From: a virus
Lineage: Duplodnaviria; Caudoviricetes
Direction: 5' to 3' (one strand)
Length of the DNA: 64,000 nucleotides
Virus record (IMG/VR): IMGVR_UViG_3300033066_001054
A program made the position numbers and the translations under genes. The notes under the pieces were generated by a model. That model was given only the letters and a program-made list of their open reading frames with translations. It had not been told where the DNA came from and did no database searches. Shown here in pieces: positions 28,101-37,602 of the stretch. The stretch's first letter is position 1. Every line of letters begins with the position of its first letter.

Positions 28101-28444
28101 TTAAATGTCAGGTTTTTCAGCTTGCGGCCAGGTTTTTCAGCATAGCTTTGTGCTGCTTTTTTGCTTCCTCCATACAGTCCTCGACCAGCGTAGCCTGTGT
28201 CGCTATGTCCGAATCCCGACATGGCTTCTTCAAACGTATTGTGGTCTTCTTTCATTCCGGACCATGCGTGAACCACCACTGGCCCTTCGTGGTGTTTGAA
28301 TTGCTCCCCGCCGTTCTCAGTATCGTAGTGTGGAACTTCCTGTTGTGCAAGCAGTGTACGGCGCAACACCTGGAGTTCTCCGGTGTTGTCGTTTTCCGTG
28401 GCAACTTGTGCAAGTGCCTTTTTTATTGCACTATATCTAGACAT
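25136..28444 (-). CDS. SNF2-family helicase with N-terminal ART-like (ART-PolyVal-type) domain
   Basis: LADSPGIGKT, LDESH, LTGTP, QAYARAWRRGQ; N-terminal GRGLY...AQSYA...KNPL...GYDG...EIVAYHP. Confidence 0.85.
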   Translation of the reverse strand: MSRYSAIKKALAQVATENDNTGELQVLRRTLLAQQEVPHYDTENGGEQFKHHEGPVVVHAWSGMKEDHNTFEEAMSGFGHSDTGYAGRGLYGGSKKAAQSYAEKPGRKLKNLTFKFKNPLVRTEENWKDPIMPYDWIPKRTLELEEQGLDWTSAKLRASGEYPQMLKEKGYDGFIDAVHPKEMGEIVAYHPETVEIHDNTVHGALVNEFIRMAADEKPRPSFMDKINQKLNETQNVAQPTPAATPPVVTPPVVTPQPAVIPGKKPQLSFMDKINQKVNDTPKVVQPTQTVTPKPAQNQPVTPEKTAPETSSLLSEEAQKRMQALKDAVQKRQQAQNTTELQQYIQGNPVPEKVQALVAQGNALVVMPKPGTPLDAMPAVPDGAYDEVADMTIEDVGAVSYPDGKPVYAAFGDKAEYEGILKAAGFKPKVVYFFPKPSAKNDWRGAKHANMYVSVGTEGKDAVEAAWSNPNHPIAIAGRREQMLIDSRREESERQRKKYQENIDRVQRTRQPYSVEGYNEENHRKSYAHTPHKITAIPTPKNLIPTKKQIEYLPYQMAAVSFINERLGGKDDAKPDEERGAILADSPGIGKTMPAIGVISTNPSIKKVLVVCPSVMVPVWIREMKKWLAGDHMRDPITTKLKVKVGRYKKDEELPDITVMSYESLSKASKDISNPERIGDRAWDYVILDESHRVKDEHSVQACVIMGGRPKRRKSENPLIPEVKTPGLSDDGHYPGVPSKRRLLLTGTPIPSYAWELYANLRFVRPDIFNNEDEFMYQFAVMKAFRTTMWKKNKQTGTPELHRLFITKPVRPQNMTLLNKILFGGGTYRSGGQTKHFDGIIMRRIHKDLEALGDQYTWPPKGQAQYRAIVEDQDNTGLDARTTELSAIEHKIIEAKKNGASQDELAELEHEYNDKVKVSFQRVAKVRNAIGMRKAPYVAAEAALQARGSEQGRPNQVLVFAYHKNVIETVAAGIEQKFKSMGHPEWKVAIVYGATSDKKREETFEQFQNDPNVKVIVASYKVLKEGITLTAANKVIHAELMPNPIDYEQAYARAWRRGQDRQVSETYMWLPKTFDERLYAIASGKYAAANKILNHRLPEPIAE

Positions 28445-28749
28445 CAGCAGTTCTCGATAGATTCTTCAATTCGATTGAGCATTGCTTGCAGTGTTGCGGT
28501 TTTGTGTATCAGTGCTTGTTTAACTTCTGCGTCGACTTCTTTGCTCTTTTGTTCTTGAGCTAGTCTCAATGCGTGTTCTGTTATTTCAATCATATCCATG
28601 ATTGCCAAGACGTTTTCATTGATAGGTTGTTCTTGCGCGACTTTCATCGCCATTTTCTCGGTGGCCGATGCAGCAACGTGCGCCCCTCTCGCGGTCATTT
28701 CTGCGCTGAGTTCTATTAGTTGGTTGGTTGTTTCGTATACGTGGTCCAC
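28444..28749 (-). CDS. hypothetical helical protein
   Basis: Coupled to the helicase. Confidence 0.65.
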   Translation of the reverse strand: MDHVYETTNQLIELSAEMTARGAHVAASATEKMAMKVAQEQPINENVLAIMDMIEITEHALRLAQEQKSKEVDAEVKQALIHKTATLQAMLNRIEESIENC

Positions 28750-28889
28750 AATGGAGATTTATCTGTGAATCTGTTGCGAACCTGCTGGATTAGAAAAATG
28801 AAGGCGTCAATTCGCCCTACCACTAAGCTGTATCGACCGAAGGGAGGATACAGCCAATGGTCATCAGATGGGCGAATTGACGCTAGTCA

Positions 28890-30287
28890 TTATTCGAATT
28901 CAGAGAGCATGAATTTATGTGATGAATTCGGAATACAGCTAAAGTATTTCTCTGTCATAAACCAGAACCATTGTTTTGGTTTCTCTGGATGAACATTGTC
29001 TCCATATCCATCAGTGATAACAAAGACTGCATCAGGATATCGTTTCATTTCTCCAGACTTCAATTTGGCTTGGATAAAGTCTTCCATGATATGGAAAGAC
29101 GTTCCACCACCACCCATCATCTTTGGAGAATTGATGTCCAGTTGATACACCCTTGTATCGAACGAACAGAGGTGAACATTGAAGATATTCCTTGGCACTG
29201 TTGCTGCGGCTTTGAAGAATCTGTCAGCCATGCTATAACACGAACCAGATGCATCAAGGAAGAACACCAAGTCAATCTTGGCTTTGTTCATGACAATGTC
29301 ATAATCCTCGATTTCTGCTGGAAGTTTAAGGTCTGACGGAAGACTCATATGATTCCGTTGTTTCTGTGCCCATTGTTCGACCATGCCATACTGATTTTTG
29401 ATAATCATTTTGACCTTGTCTCGAACGATGGTTTCCCACTTAGGTTTTCGAATAGGTTTTGGCTTAGAAACGAAAATCCATGCTCCAACAGCATCTTTTC
29501 CTGCTTGTTTACCGCCCTTCTTGCTTTTTGATTCTTTGTCCCCTTCTGGCCCTTCGCCGCCATCGGGTCCACCAACGACATGTTGTTCAATCATGTCTCG
29601 GAGTTCTTTCTTTTCATCTTCTGATAGCGACTCATTGAGCGTCTTTTCAATTTGCTCTCGAACTTCTTCTGGAAGGTCAAAATATTCGTGACTATCCATT
29701 AGCCGAAGTGACTTAGATTTACCGATATCTTCCTTAAGTAGTTCGTAGTAGTATTCAAAGCACTCATCAGTTGGGATGTTTGGGTTGTCTGGCCAGATGG
29801 TATCCACCCAGCACCATTGCTCCCATCCTTGCACCATGCTTCTATCGAATCCGAATGTATTCAATAGCGCATGATTGATAACGATGTCCTGAGCGACGTT
29901 TGCTAGTCGAGAGTCATCATAGATGTACTTGCCGTCTTCTGACACTTTGTATCGCTTGTCAAGTGCGTGTCGCTTGATGTGGTTGAACAAGATATGAAGA
30001 CTTTCATGACCGAGCACGAACGCCCTTGTGTAGTTGTCGATACTGTCCCAGAATTCTGGGTTCATGTACCACCCAAGTGCCTTGCCTGTTTTGTCCTTGG
30101 GGTCATAGACGACCGCAGCGGTGGGCAAGTCATTGGTAAATACAGGTCGTCCCATCTCCCAAATCATATAGAACAGGGAGTGGTGTCCCTCGAGCAGTCG
30201 CGAGACACCATAGATTTCCTGCAATGTCATACTGCGGTCGCACGCAGTAGGCATTTTCACTATCTTTGTCAGTTCTTCTTCTGTCAT
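28890..30287 (-). CDS. DUF2201-type metallopeptidase + vWA protein
   Basis: HESLH (HExxH); DASGS MIDAS; GGGGTSF; ITDG. Confidence 0.85.
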   Translation of the reverse strand: MTEEELTKIVKMPTACDRSMTLQEIYGVSRLLEGHHSLFYMIWEMGRPVFTNDLPTAAVVYDPKDKTGKALGWYMNPEFWDSIDNYTRAFVLGHESLHILFNHIKRHALDKRYKVSEDGKYIYDDSRLANVAQDIVINHALLNTFGFDRSMVQGWEQWCWVDTIWPDNPNIPTDECFEYYYELLKEDIGKSKSLRLMDSHEYFDLPEEVREQIEKTLNESLSEDEKKELRDMIEQHVVGGPDGGEGPEGDKESKSKKGGKQAGKDAVGAWIFVSKPKPIRKPKWETIVRDKVKMIIKNQYGMVEQWAQKQRNHMSLPSDLKLPAEIEDYDIVMNKAKIDLVFFLDASGSCYSMADRFFKAAATVPRNIFNVHLCSFDTRVYQLDINSPKMMGGGGTSFHIMEDFIQAKLKSGEMKRYPDAVFVITDGYGDNVHPEKPKQWFWFMTEKYFSCIPNSSHKFMLSEFE

Positions 30288-30294
30288 GGTGTTG

Positions 30295-31386
30295 TTACTT
30301 CGTGGTAGGAAGTTTGAACAAGTCTTCGAGCTTGTATCGCTTAATCAGCACGACAAGGTGGTCAATGTGTTGCTGACTTCCATTGTGGTCAAGGAACATC
30401 TGTATTGCCTCTTGGAACTCAGGTACTTCCCGTGCATTATTTGCCATGGTTTCCATAACAAATCCTTCTGGGATAAGTGACATCAGCCTTTCTTTGCTGA
30501 GTAATGGCAGGATGATTTTCGCAGCCTTTGTGCTCTCAATCAAGTGCGGCTTAAGCTGTCGGTAGTAGTTGTCATCCTTGAGGTATTCCTTGAATCCGGC
30601 AAAATCCTTGTTCTTGATGAAATCATACATCTTTTCGAGTGCTGGCGCATCTCCAAGGTCTTTTGATAGTTTGTCAGGGTGTGATTCATACGGAAGGATG
30701 TCTCGAACGTCTCCTGACTTCATGTGATAGTCAATCGCAGCGCAGAGCCGACGTGGTGAAACCTTTTCACGGACTTTCTCTGGCAGTTCTGCCCACCACT
30801 TGAGTGCTGGTGTTGCATACTGCTTACCGTATTCATTGACCATATGCACAGGGCACGGTCGATAGTCAAGTTCGACTTTGACTTGGAATCGGTCTTCGAG
30901 TGCTGGGTCGAGTGGTTCGACGTCATACTCAATCTTTTCTTCGTCGTGCGGGTTGATTGCAGCCCAAACGACTTTCAGGTTGGGGTATGGCACTCCATTG
31001 ATGGTTTTGAACTGAATGAGTTCCATGACGGCGTTGCGGACCTTTTTTGGTGCGCGGTTGAGCTCGTCAATGAAAATTGCCTCTACTTCTCCCAGCACAA
31101 ATCGCTTTGGCGGGATGATATCGCTATACGGCTTTCCGTCTGCCGTAGGGTCGTTGCGGACGATTTCTGGGATTCCAATAATGTCAACCCATGGGTCGAG
31201 TGTCGAGCCGCTTAGGTACAAACCCTTGACGCCATTGCGGTCGAACGTTTTCTTGATGATTTGTGTCTTTCCGACTCCGTGCTTGCCAACAAGCAATACG
31301 TTGAGTTGAAGTGAAAGCCAAAAATCCAACTTGTTGGGGTCAATCAAGACTCCTTTGTTGATAATGTCGTTTACGGTTTCAGGCAT
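30295..31386 (-). CDS. MoxR-like AAA+ ATPase
   Basis: GKHGVGKT, FIDELNRA, LDPALEDRF. Confidence 0.85.
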   Translation of the reverse strand: MPETVNDIINKGVLIDPNKLDFWLSLQLNVLLVGKHGVGKTQIIKKTFDRNGVKGLYLSGSTLDPWVDIIGIPEIVRNDPTADGKPYSDIIPPKRFVLGEVEAIFIDELNRAPKKVRNAVMELIQFKTINGVPYPNLKVVWAAINPHDEEKIEYDVEPLDPALEDRFQVKVELDYRPCPVHMVNEYGKQYATPALKWWAELPEKVREKVSPRRLCAAIDYHMKSGDVRDILPYESHPDKLSKDLGDAPALEKMYDFIKNKDFAGFKEYLKDDNYYRQLKPHLIESTKAAKIILPLLSKERLMSLIPEGFVMETMANNAREVPEFQEAIQMFLDHNGSQQHIDHLVVLIKRYKLEDLFKLPTTK

Positions 31387-31481
31387 AACGCTTGTATTCT
31401 ACCTCGGTTTGGTTTTGGATGTCAAGTGCCGTTATTCGTTTTGTTGCATGTTTTTGCCCCATTTAAGCCTAATATACGATT

Positions 31482-31694
31482 ATGGATTTCGCTCCGGGCT
31501 CTGAGGCTTTTCTATCAACTGATTTTGCGGGCACTTCGTTGCATCGCGGGCAATGCGTTGTTATTATAGCATGTCGCGAGAACACAGTGCTGGCCGAGGT
31601 TCTTGACTCGAAACCGGGCGAGCGCATCATTTCGATTCCAAAATCCATACTCGTTCCACGAATGAGTGATAATGAAGATATAGACGAGGGTTAA
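31482..31694 (+). CDS. small hypothetical protein
   Basis: ORF at the head of a + strand operon. Confidence 0.5.
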   Translation: MDFAPGSEAFLSTDFAGTSLHRGQCVVIIACRENTVLAEVLDSKPGERIISIPKSILVPRMSDNEDIDEG

Positions 31695-31695
31695 C

Positions 31696-32250
31696 ATGAG
31701 TAAAACAAAAACGCTATTTCCGAATCCATGGTTATCTTTGATGCAAATTGAAGACCCAGACAAAGGTGTCTCTGGTTACGTTTATGCGCACGAAACGCGC
31801 TGCGAGGGCAAAATTGTCTTAGTTCTCCCGTTTCGTTCTAAAGAAGACAGTCAATTTGGCGGGATAGAGGTATTGTTCAGGCGAGAAGTGACTCCTGCTT
31901 GGGATATGAACTCAAAGTTAAGTGGAATTACTGGTGGAGTCGAGGAAGAAGACCCCGCAGAAGACGCATTGCGCGAACTTGAAGAAGAAGCCGGGTATAC
32001 TATATCCAGGGAAGATTTGATTTTCCTTGGAACTACTTATGCTTCAAAGGCGATGGACACAGTTTATCATCTGTATGCAGCAAATGTAGATGGCAAATCT
32101 CAACAAAAGGCATCTGGTGATGGTTCAAGATTGGAGTCAGAAGGCGGCGTGGAGTGGCACGACAGTGCTATGGATTGTGAGGACGCAGTTGCCGCTTGTG
32201 CATACTTCAGATTGATTTGGGCCATGTTACACTGGAAACAAGTTAAATGA
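31696..32250 (+). CDS. NUDIX hydrolase
   Basis: GGVEEEDPAEDALRELEEEAG Nudix box. Confidence 0.85.
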   Translation: MSKTKTLFPNPWLSLMQIEDPDKGVSGYVYAHETRCEGKIVLVLPFRSKEDSQFGGIEVLFRREVTPAWDMNSKLSGITGGVEEEDPAEDALRELEEEAGYTISREDLIFLGTTYASKAMDTVYHLYAANVDGKSQQKASGDGSRLESEGGVEWHDSAMDCEDAVAACAYFRLIWAMLHWKQVK

Positions 32251-33200
32251 ACAAACAGAAAGACAGAAATTTCTTCTACCACGAGCGTTCGCTCAACTAT
32301 TCATTCGGTGCTACGCACCCATACAATTCTTTGCGGCTGAAAAACGCGGTAAGCAATATCAATGCTCACGGACTGTCGTGTTGTGACTTTAATGACGCAT
32401 CAGACGAAGACATACTTTCGATACATACCGGCGACTATATTGCGCACGTAAAACAATGCTCAAGCGGTGCGAAATCAAAGTTCAAGTATGGAATTGGAGA
32501 TAGCGACACACCGTCTTTTTTGGGTATGTATGATGCGTGCAAGGCTATTGCCGGCGCCACCAAAGCCGCTGCGGATGTTCTATGTCGAGGTGACGACCTT
32601 GCATTTAACATGTCTGGTGGACTGCATCACGCAAGAGCGCATCGAGCGAGTGGTTTTTGTGCTGTTGACGATATCGCGCTTGGTATCAACACACTTCTGT
32701 CGCGTTTTGACAAAGTTGCATACTTAGACATTGATTTACACCACGGTGATGGGGTTGAAGAACGATACACTGGTATCAAGCGTGTTTTGACAGCCAGCGT
32801 GCATCAATTTGGATTTGGGTTCTATCCAGGCACCGGATGCGATTCTGAAGATGGTGACTATATCAACGAACCACTAGATGCCGGTACGAACGGAAAAGAT
32901 TGGTTACGTGCGGTTGACAGGCTGGTGGACGACATCAAAACATACAATCCAGACGCACTTGTGTTACAGTGTGGCGTCGACGCGCACTACTCAGACCCAC
33001 TTGGTTCGCTGAATGTCACTGCGCGAGAATGGTTCGAGGCAGTTCAAAAAGCCAGAGAGATAGGCAAGCCCATGCTGGTGCTGGGCGGCGGCGGATATGA
33101 CCATCGAAACCCTGCTAGAATGTGGCCAGCCGCAGTTTTATCACTTTGTGATATGACATATGATGACACCTGGCTTGATGATGACCGAGGACCTTTTTAA
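32247..33200 (+). CDS. histone deacetylase/AcuC-family Zn-dependent deacetylase
   Basis: GGLHHA, SGFC, DIDLHHGDG, GVDAH..DPL, GGGGY. Confidence 0.9.
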   Translation: MNKQKDRNFFYHERSLNYSFGATHPYNSLRLKNAVSNINAHGLSCCDFNDASDEDILSIHTGDYIAHVKQCSSGAKSKFKYGIGDSDTPSFLGMYDACKAIAGATKAAADVLCRGDDLAFNMSGGLHHARAHRASGFCAVDDIALGINTLLSRFDKVAYLDIDLHHGDGVEERYTGIKRVLTASVHQFGFGFYPGTGCDSEDGDYINEPLDAGTNGKDWLRAVDRLVDDIKTYNPDALVLQCGVDAHYSDPLGSLNVTAREWFEAVQKAREIGKPMLVLGGGGYDHRNPARMWPAAVLSLCDMTYDDTWLDDDRGPF

Positions 33201-33763
33201 TGATTGATATTTCCATGTTTTCCGATGCTGTTTCCATTGTCAAAGAGATTGGCAGTGGTGTCGTCAATTTGGCGTCTTTGCCAAAAAACAGGCGTGAGCA
33301 CTACCACGCAATTGTGGATGAAACATTCACATTGCTTGACCATGCACTCTTGTGTGTGATTCATAGGCTTGCAGACTGCGTGCGTATTCAAAAAGAATAT
33401 GGTGACGCTGCGTTCATGACCGAGTTGCGCTCGTTACAATCAGTAAGTGATTGGGAGAAGATTGAGCGAGATGTTCGATTGTGCCATTCTCTGAGGAAGG
33501 CCAGCGGAGAGATGCGCGGTTTGATTTCGAACATCGGAGACAAATTATCACTCAGTGATACTGGTAAGTTCTGGTACCTTGTGAATGTTGTGCTTGAGGG
33601 CGAGACCACAATGGCAAATCAAATTGCTAATATGCTTTACCACTTATCGAATCTTGCTGACCCATCCGAGGCACTAGACACAACCAGCGAGTGCCTGCGG
33701 GGTCTTAAGTCGCTACGGCGTGATTTAATCGAGTCGCAGGTTGAGCTTATGAAACAAGTCTAA
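33200..33763 (+). CDS. hypothetical protein
   Basis: TAATG coupling. Confidence 0.65.
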   Translation: MIDISMFSDAVSIVKEIGSGVVNLASLPKNRREHYHAIVDETFTLLDHALLCVIHRLADCVRIQKEYGDAAFMTELRSLQSVSDWEKIERDVRLCHSLRKASGEMRGLISNIGDKLSLSDTGKFWYLVNVVLEGETTMANQIANMLYHLSNLADPSEALDTTSECLRGLKSLRRDLIESQVELMKQV

Positions 33764-33853
33764 TAGACTATCATGGCAAGCAAATTTAGATGGATTGGTT
33801 TTGGTGGTCATTGGACCTGACTGTGTAATACCATTCGTAGCTTCCGTGAGAAG

Positions 33854-34639
33854 CTAATGACCTGGAATCGGAAAAATCGCAGAAAGCAGTAGATACACTG
33901 GAATGTACGAAATCAGCATGTGTGCAGACCCGCTGTTTTTTACATGCATGATGAAGCTCTTGATGGTGTTCGGCATCTCGTTGGCCCATACGTACTTAAT
34001 GAAATTGGTATTGTGTTCAATTCCAATTTCAATAGCCTTGTCTATGTCTTTGTCGCGTGCTGTTTTTGTAGTGAAATGCTTCTGTAAGAAACCGCCAATG
34101 CTGTTGGAACCCCACGAAGACAGCATAAACGCCGGAATCATAATTCCAATCTGTGCCCAGTGAGCAATGGGCATCTTTCCAATCAATCCCACTAGCAGTC
34201 CGAATACCAAAAACAAGGTCATCAGATTGGTTCCGCATCGTGGATGAACGCGGTCTTGTGATTTGACCGATTCTGGCGTCAGCTCGATTCCTTTTTCAAG
34301 TGCGTGTACAAGTTGATGTTCGGATGCATGCATTGATGCAATTGGTGTAATACGAAGCAAAATCACATACAACGCAACGCCAATGGTTGACTTGACAGAG
34401 GTGTCTATTGTGATTTCATTCATTGTTTGATAGTACCCGGTGGCATATTGGCAAACAAAGATGACCAGTGAGTAGATGATGCCGGTGATGAACATTTGTA
34501 AATCGGTCACGCCGGCGTGCGCTATGGTAGTGTAGATGCGGATTCCAAACGGTGTTGCCATGCCACCATATGACAATTTGGCGTCTCCGATATCGGCGGC
34601 ATACATTTGATTTCCGGCTTTGAAGTGTATTTTAGACAT
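33854..34639 (-). CDS. DUF1385 family membrane protein
   Basis: GGMA, HASEH, HPRCGTN; start at MSKIHF. Confidence 0.8.
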   Translation of the reverse strand: MSKIHFKAGNQMYAADIGDAKLSYGGMATPFGIRIYTTIAHAGVTDLQMFITGIIYSLVIFVCQYATGYYQTMNEITIDTSVKSTIGVALYVILLRITPIASMHASEHQLVHALEKGIELTPESVKSQDRVHPRCGTNLMTLFLVFGLLVGLIGKMPIAHWAQIGIMIPAFMLSSWGSNSIGGFLQKHFTTKTARDKDIDKAIEIGIEHNTNFIKYVWANEMPNTIKSFIMHVKNSGSAHMLISYIPVYLLLSAIFPIPGH

Positions 34640-34700
34640 CGCTTGCATTATGTCATGAAAGTGTGGTAGAATGCAAGACCAACAAAAGAAAGGTGAAAAC

Positions 34701-35168
34701 ATGAACGAAACTAACGAACTTGGAATGCAAATCATTGACGGAATCCCGGTTTTCGGTGACCCGGTCGACCAGGGTGCTCTTGAGCAAATCAAGAACGCTC
34801 AGGGATACTACGCGTCAAAAGTTGCACTAATGGCTGACCATCACTTGGGTTTTGGTGTGCCGATTGGTGGTGTTGTTGCGTATCCAGAGCATGTTTCACC
34901 AAGCGGAGTCGGATTCGACATTGCTTGCGGTAACAAGGCTGTATTGACTGATGCGAAGCCGATTAAGACCAAAACCCAAATCCATCGCATTATGGACGAC
35001 GTCTTCAAGAAGATTTCCTTTGGTGTTGGCCGAGTTAACGAAGAGGAGGTCGAGCACGAGTTGTTCGATGACCCTTTGTGGAACGAATTGCCGGTATTGA
35101 AGGCAAACAAGGACAAGGCTGTTGCCCAGCTTGGAACTGTTGGTTCTGGAAACCACTACGTGGATATT
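34701..35168 (+). CDS. rtcB: RtcB RNA ligase, exon 1
   Basis: MADHHLG, PIGGV, GFDIACGN, GTVGSGNHYVDI. Confidence 0.9.
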
Positions 35169-37602
35169 GGGCGCTGCATCACGCAGCACATCATCACTGG
35201 TTAAGCCAGTTCATAGTCGGAGAAACCTATGAGGAGCACCCAACCAACTCAAGACCGAAAGGACGAGAGCCAACATAGCCTGTTGGGAAAGCGAGGGTCG
35301 GTGGAAAGCGATACAAGCCGACGCCTTGCAAGCTCCGCGCGTCATGGTGAGGGCTATACTGCTCGAACCCAAGTCTCCAATGGCCCAAACGTAGGCCCGT
35401 TGCTACATCGCTTACAGGCAACGACGACCCATGCGGCGGTCAAATATGTCGGCTACTGCAATCTCCGTGGGTCGGAAATCGTGGACAACGAGTCCACTCA
35501 AGGGGACGAACTGGGCACCTACAACGCGCTATCACGTGATGTGTTGACGGAATGCAGGATGACCTACGGGGCGCGAGCCCTATGGTCACGGAACTCCAAT
35601 AGTAGTCGGGAGGGTCACGTCTCCCCAGGGCGAACGGGAAAGCCGTTCACAGGGCGAAGTGGAGTAGGCAACCTAATGAACAGCTATCGGAGGTACTCGG
35701 GATGAGAACAGCCGAAGATGTGCTGAACATAATCATGGACAGAGGCAGACGAAAACTGCCGCTGGAAGACCTCTACAGACAACTGTTCAATCCGAACCTG
35801 TACCTGCGGGCTTACGGGCGACTGTATCGCAATGCAGGAGCCATGACCAAGGGTGCAACGGATGAGACGGTAGACGGCATGTCGATGGCGAAAATCAACG
35901 CCATCATCGACGCACTGCGAGCCGAAAGGTATCGCTGGACAGCGGTCAGGCGAGTGCACATCCCGAAAAGCAACGGGAAGACACGACCCCTGGGCATCCC
36001 TTCGTGGAGCGACAAGTTGCTGCAAGAAGTTATGCGTTCTCTTCTGGAGGCGTATTACGAGCCGCAGTTCTCTGAGTCGTCCCACGGCTTCCGCCCTGGA
36101 CACGGATGCCACACGGCGCTAACCACGGTCGCAAGAACGTGGGTCGGCACTAAGTGGTTCATCGAAGGGGACATTCAAGGATGTTTCGACAATATCGACC
36201 ACCAGATTCTTCTGGACCGATTGAGGAAGGACATCCACGACAACCGCTTCATGCGGTTGATGGAAGGTCTGCTGCGGGCAGGCTACATGGAGTACTGGCA
36301 CTACAACGAAACACTGAGCGGCACCCCGCAAGGCGGAGTCATCAGTCCGTTGCTCGCCAATATCTACATGGACATGCTCGACAAATTTGTCGAAGGAGTA
36401 CTCCTTCCAGACTACAACCAAGCTACCAAGAGAAGGAAGAACCCGCTGTACAACCGACTGGCTGGACAGGCTGAAACTCTGAGGAAGAACGGGAAGAAGG
36501 CGGAGGCAACGGTGCTCTTCAAACAGTACCAGAAGCTCCCGTCGCTCGACCCCAACGACCCAGACTACAGGCGGCTGCGCTATGTGCGATACGCAGACGA
36601 CTTCCTACTCGGGTTCGCTGGTCCAAAGCACGAGGCAGAAGACATCAAGCAACGCCTGAAAGCGTTTCTGCGGGACAGCCTTCATCTTTCGCTGTCCGAA
36701 GAGAAGACGCTTGTCACGCATGCGCAGACAGGCAGAGCGAGATTCCTCGGCTATGAAATTGGGGTCCGAACAATCAAAGACAAACACGACGACACCAGTC
36801 GGCGAACGATGTCCACGAGAATCGGTCTCTTCGTGCCCAAGGACTTCGTGGACGGTCGGTGCAGGAAGTATGCGAAGGATGGGAAACCCCACCACCGCGC
36901 TGAGTTGCTACACGATGAGGATTACAGCATCGTCAGCACCTACCAGAGCGAGTACAGGGGTTACGTCCAGTATTACTTGCTCGCCGAGAACGTGGCATGG
37001 CTTCAACGCCTCCATTGGTACATGCGAACATCGCTGCTGAAGACTCTTGCCCACAAGCATAAGTCAACGGTGACGAAGATGAACCAGAAGCACGAGGAAA
37101 TCGTGCAGACGGCGCATGGACAGAAGAAGGTGCTCCAAGTCACAGTCGAGCGCGAGGGCAAACCTCCGCTCGTCGCCCAGTTCGGCGGCATTCCGCTCCG
37201 TCGCAAGGTTGAGGCAGTGATACACGACCTCTCAACCCAGGCCTACACTCCTAAGCGAACCGAGTTGCTCAAGCGGCTCCTCGCCGACGAGTGCGAGCTA
37301 TGCCTATCAACAGATGGGGTGGAAGTCCACCACGTCCGAAAACTGGCAGACCTCAAGGTGAAGGGTCGAAGGGAGAAACCGCTATGGGCGCAGATTATGT
37401 CTGCTCGCAAGCGGAAGACCCTCGTTGTGTGTCGTGAATGTCACCTTGACATTCAATACGGTCGGCCCATTAGGGCACTCACCGCGATACAGGTTGCTGG
37501 AGAGCCGTGTGATGCGAAAGTATCCCGCACGGTTCGGAGGGGGCTTGTTGGAAAAGGAGGTGTTCAGTCATGAGCACCCACCTCGCCAGCATTCCACCCT
37601 AC
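35169..37602 (+). mobile_element. group II intron (IIA/ML-like) in rtcB
   Basis: 5' GGGCG; domain V GAGCCGTGTGATGCGAAAGTATCCCGCACGGTTC (37502-37535); 3' end CCCTAC; removal restores NHYVDI-FIDEQDRVW in frame. Confidence 0.9.
35702..37573 (+). CDS. ltrA: group II intron-encoded reverse transcriptase/maturase/HNH endonuclease
   Basis: IPKSNGKTRPLGIP, GTPQGG, YVRYADD, maturase region, CELC...HHVR...CRECH. Confidence 0.95.
   Translation: MRTAEDVLNIIMDRGRRKLPLEDLYRQLFNPNLYLRAYGRLYRNAGAMTKGATDETVDGMSMAKINAIIDALRAERYRWTAVRRVHIPKSNGKTRPLGIPSWSDKLLQEVMRSLLEAYYEPQFSESSHGFRPGHGCHTALTTVARTWVGTKWFIEGDIQGCFDNIDHQILLDRLRKDIHDNRFMRLMEGLLRAGYMEYWHYNETLSGTPQGGVISPLLANIYMDMLDKFVEGVLLPDYNQATKRRKNPLYNRLAGQAETLRKNGKKAEATVLFKQYQKLPSLDPNDPDYRRLRYVRYADDFLLGFAGPKHEAEDIKQRLKAFLRDSLHLSLSEEKTLVTHAQTGRARFLGYEIGVRTIKDKHDDTSRRTMSTRIGLFVPKDFVDGRCRKYAKDGKPHHRAELLHDEDYSIVSTYQSEYRGYVQYYLLAENVAWLQRLHWYMRTSLLKTLAHKHKSTVTKMNQKHEEIVQTAHGQKKVLQVTVEREGKPPLVAQFGGIPLRRKVEAVIHDLSTQAYTPKRTELLKRLLADECELCLSTDGVEVHHVRKLADLKVKGRREKPLWAQIMSARKRKTLVVCRECHLDIQYGRPIRALTAIQVAGEPCDAKVSRTVRRGLVGKGGVQS

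Noticed and set aside
35229-35705. 158-aa ORF upstream of the RT
   Set aside because: It lies within intron ribozyme domains I-III and has no protein-like features.
35702-37573. Retron, DGR or defence-associated RT
   Set aside because: Maturase and HNH domains, domain V/VI RNA and precise interruption of rtcB identify a group II intron.
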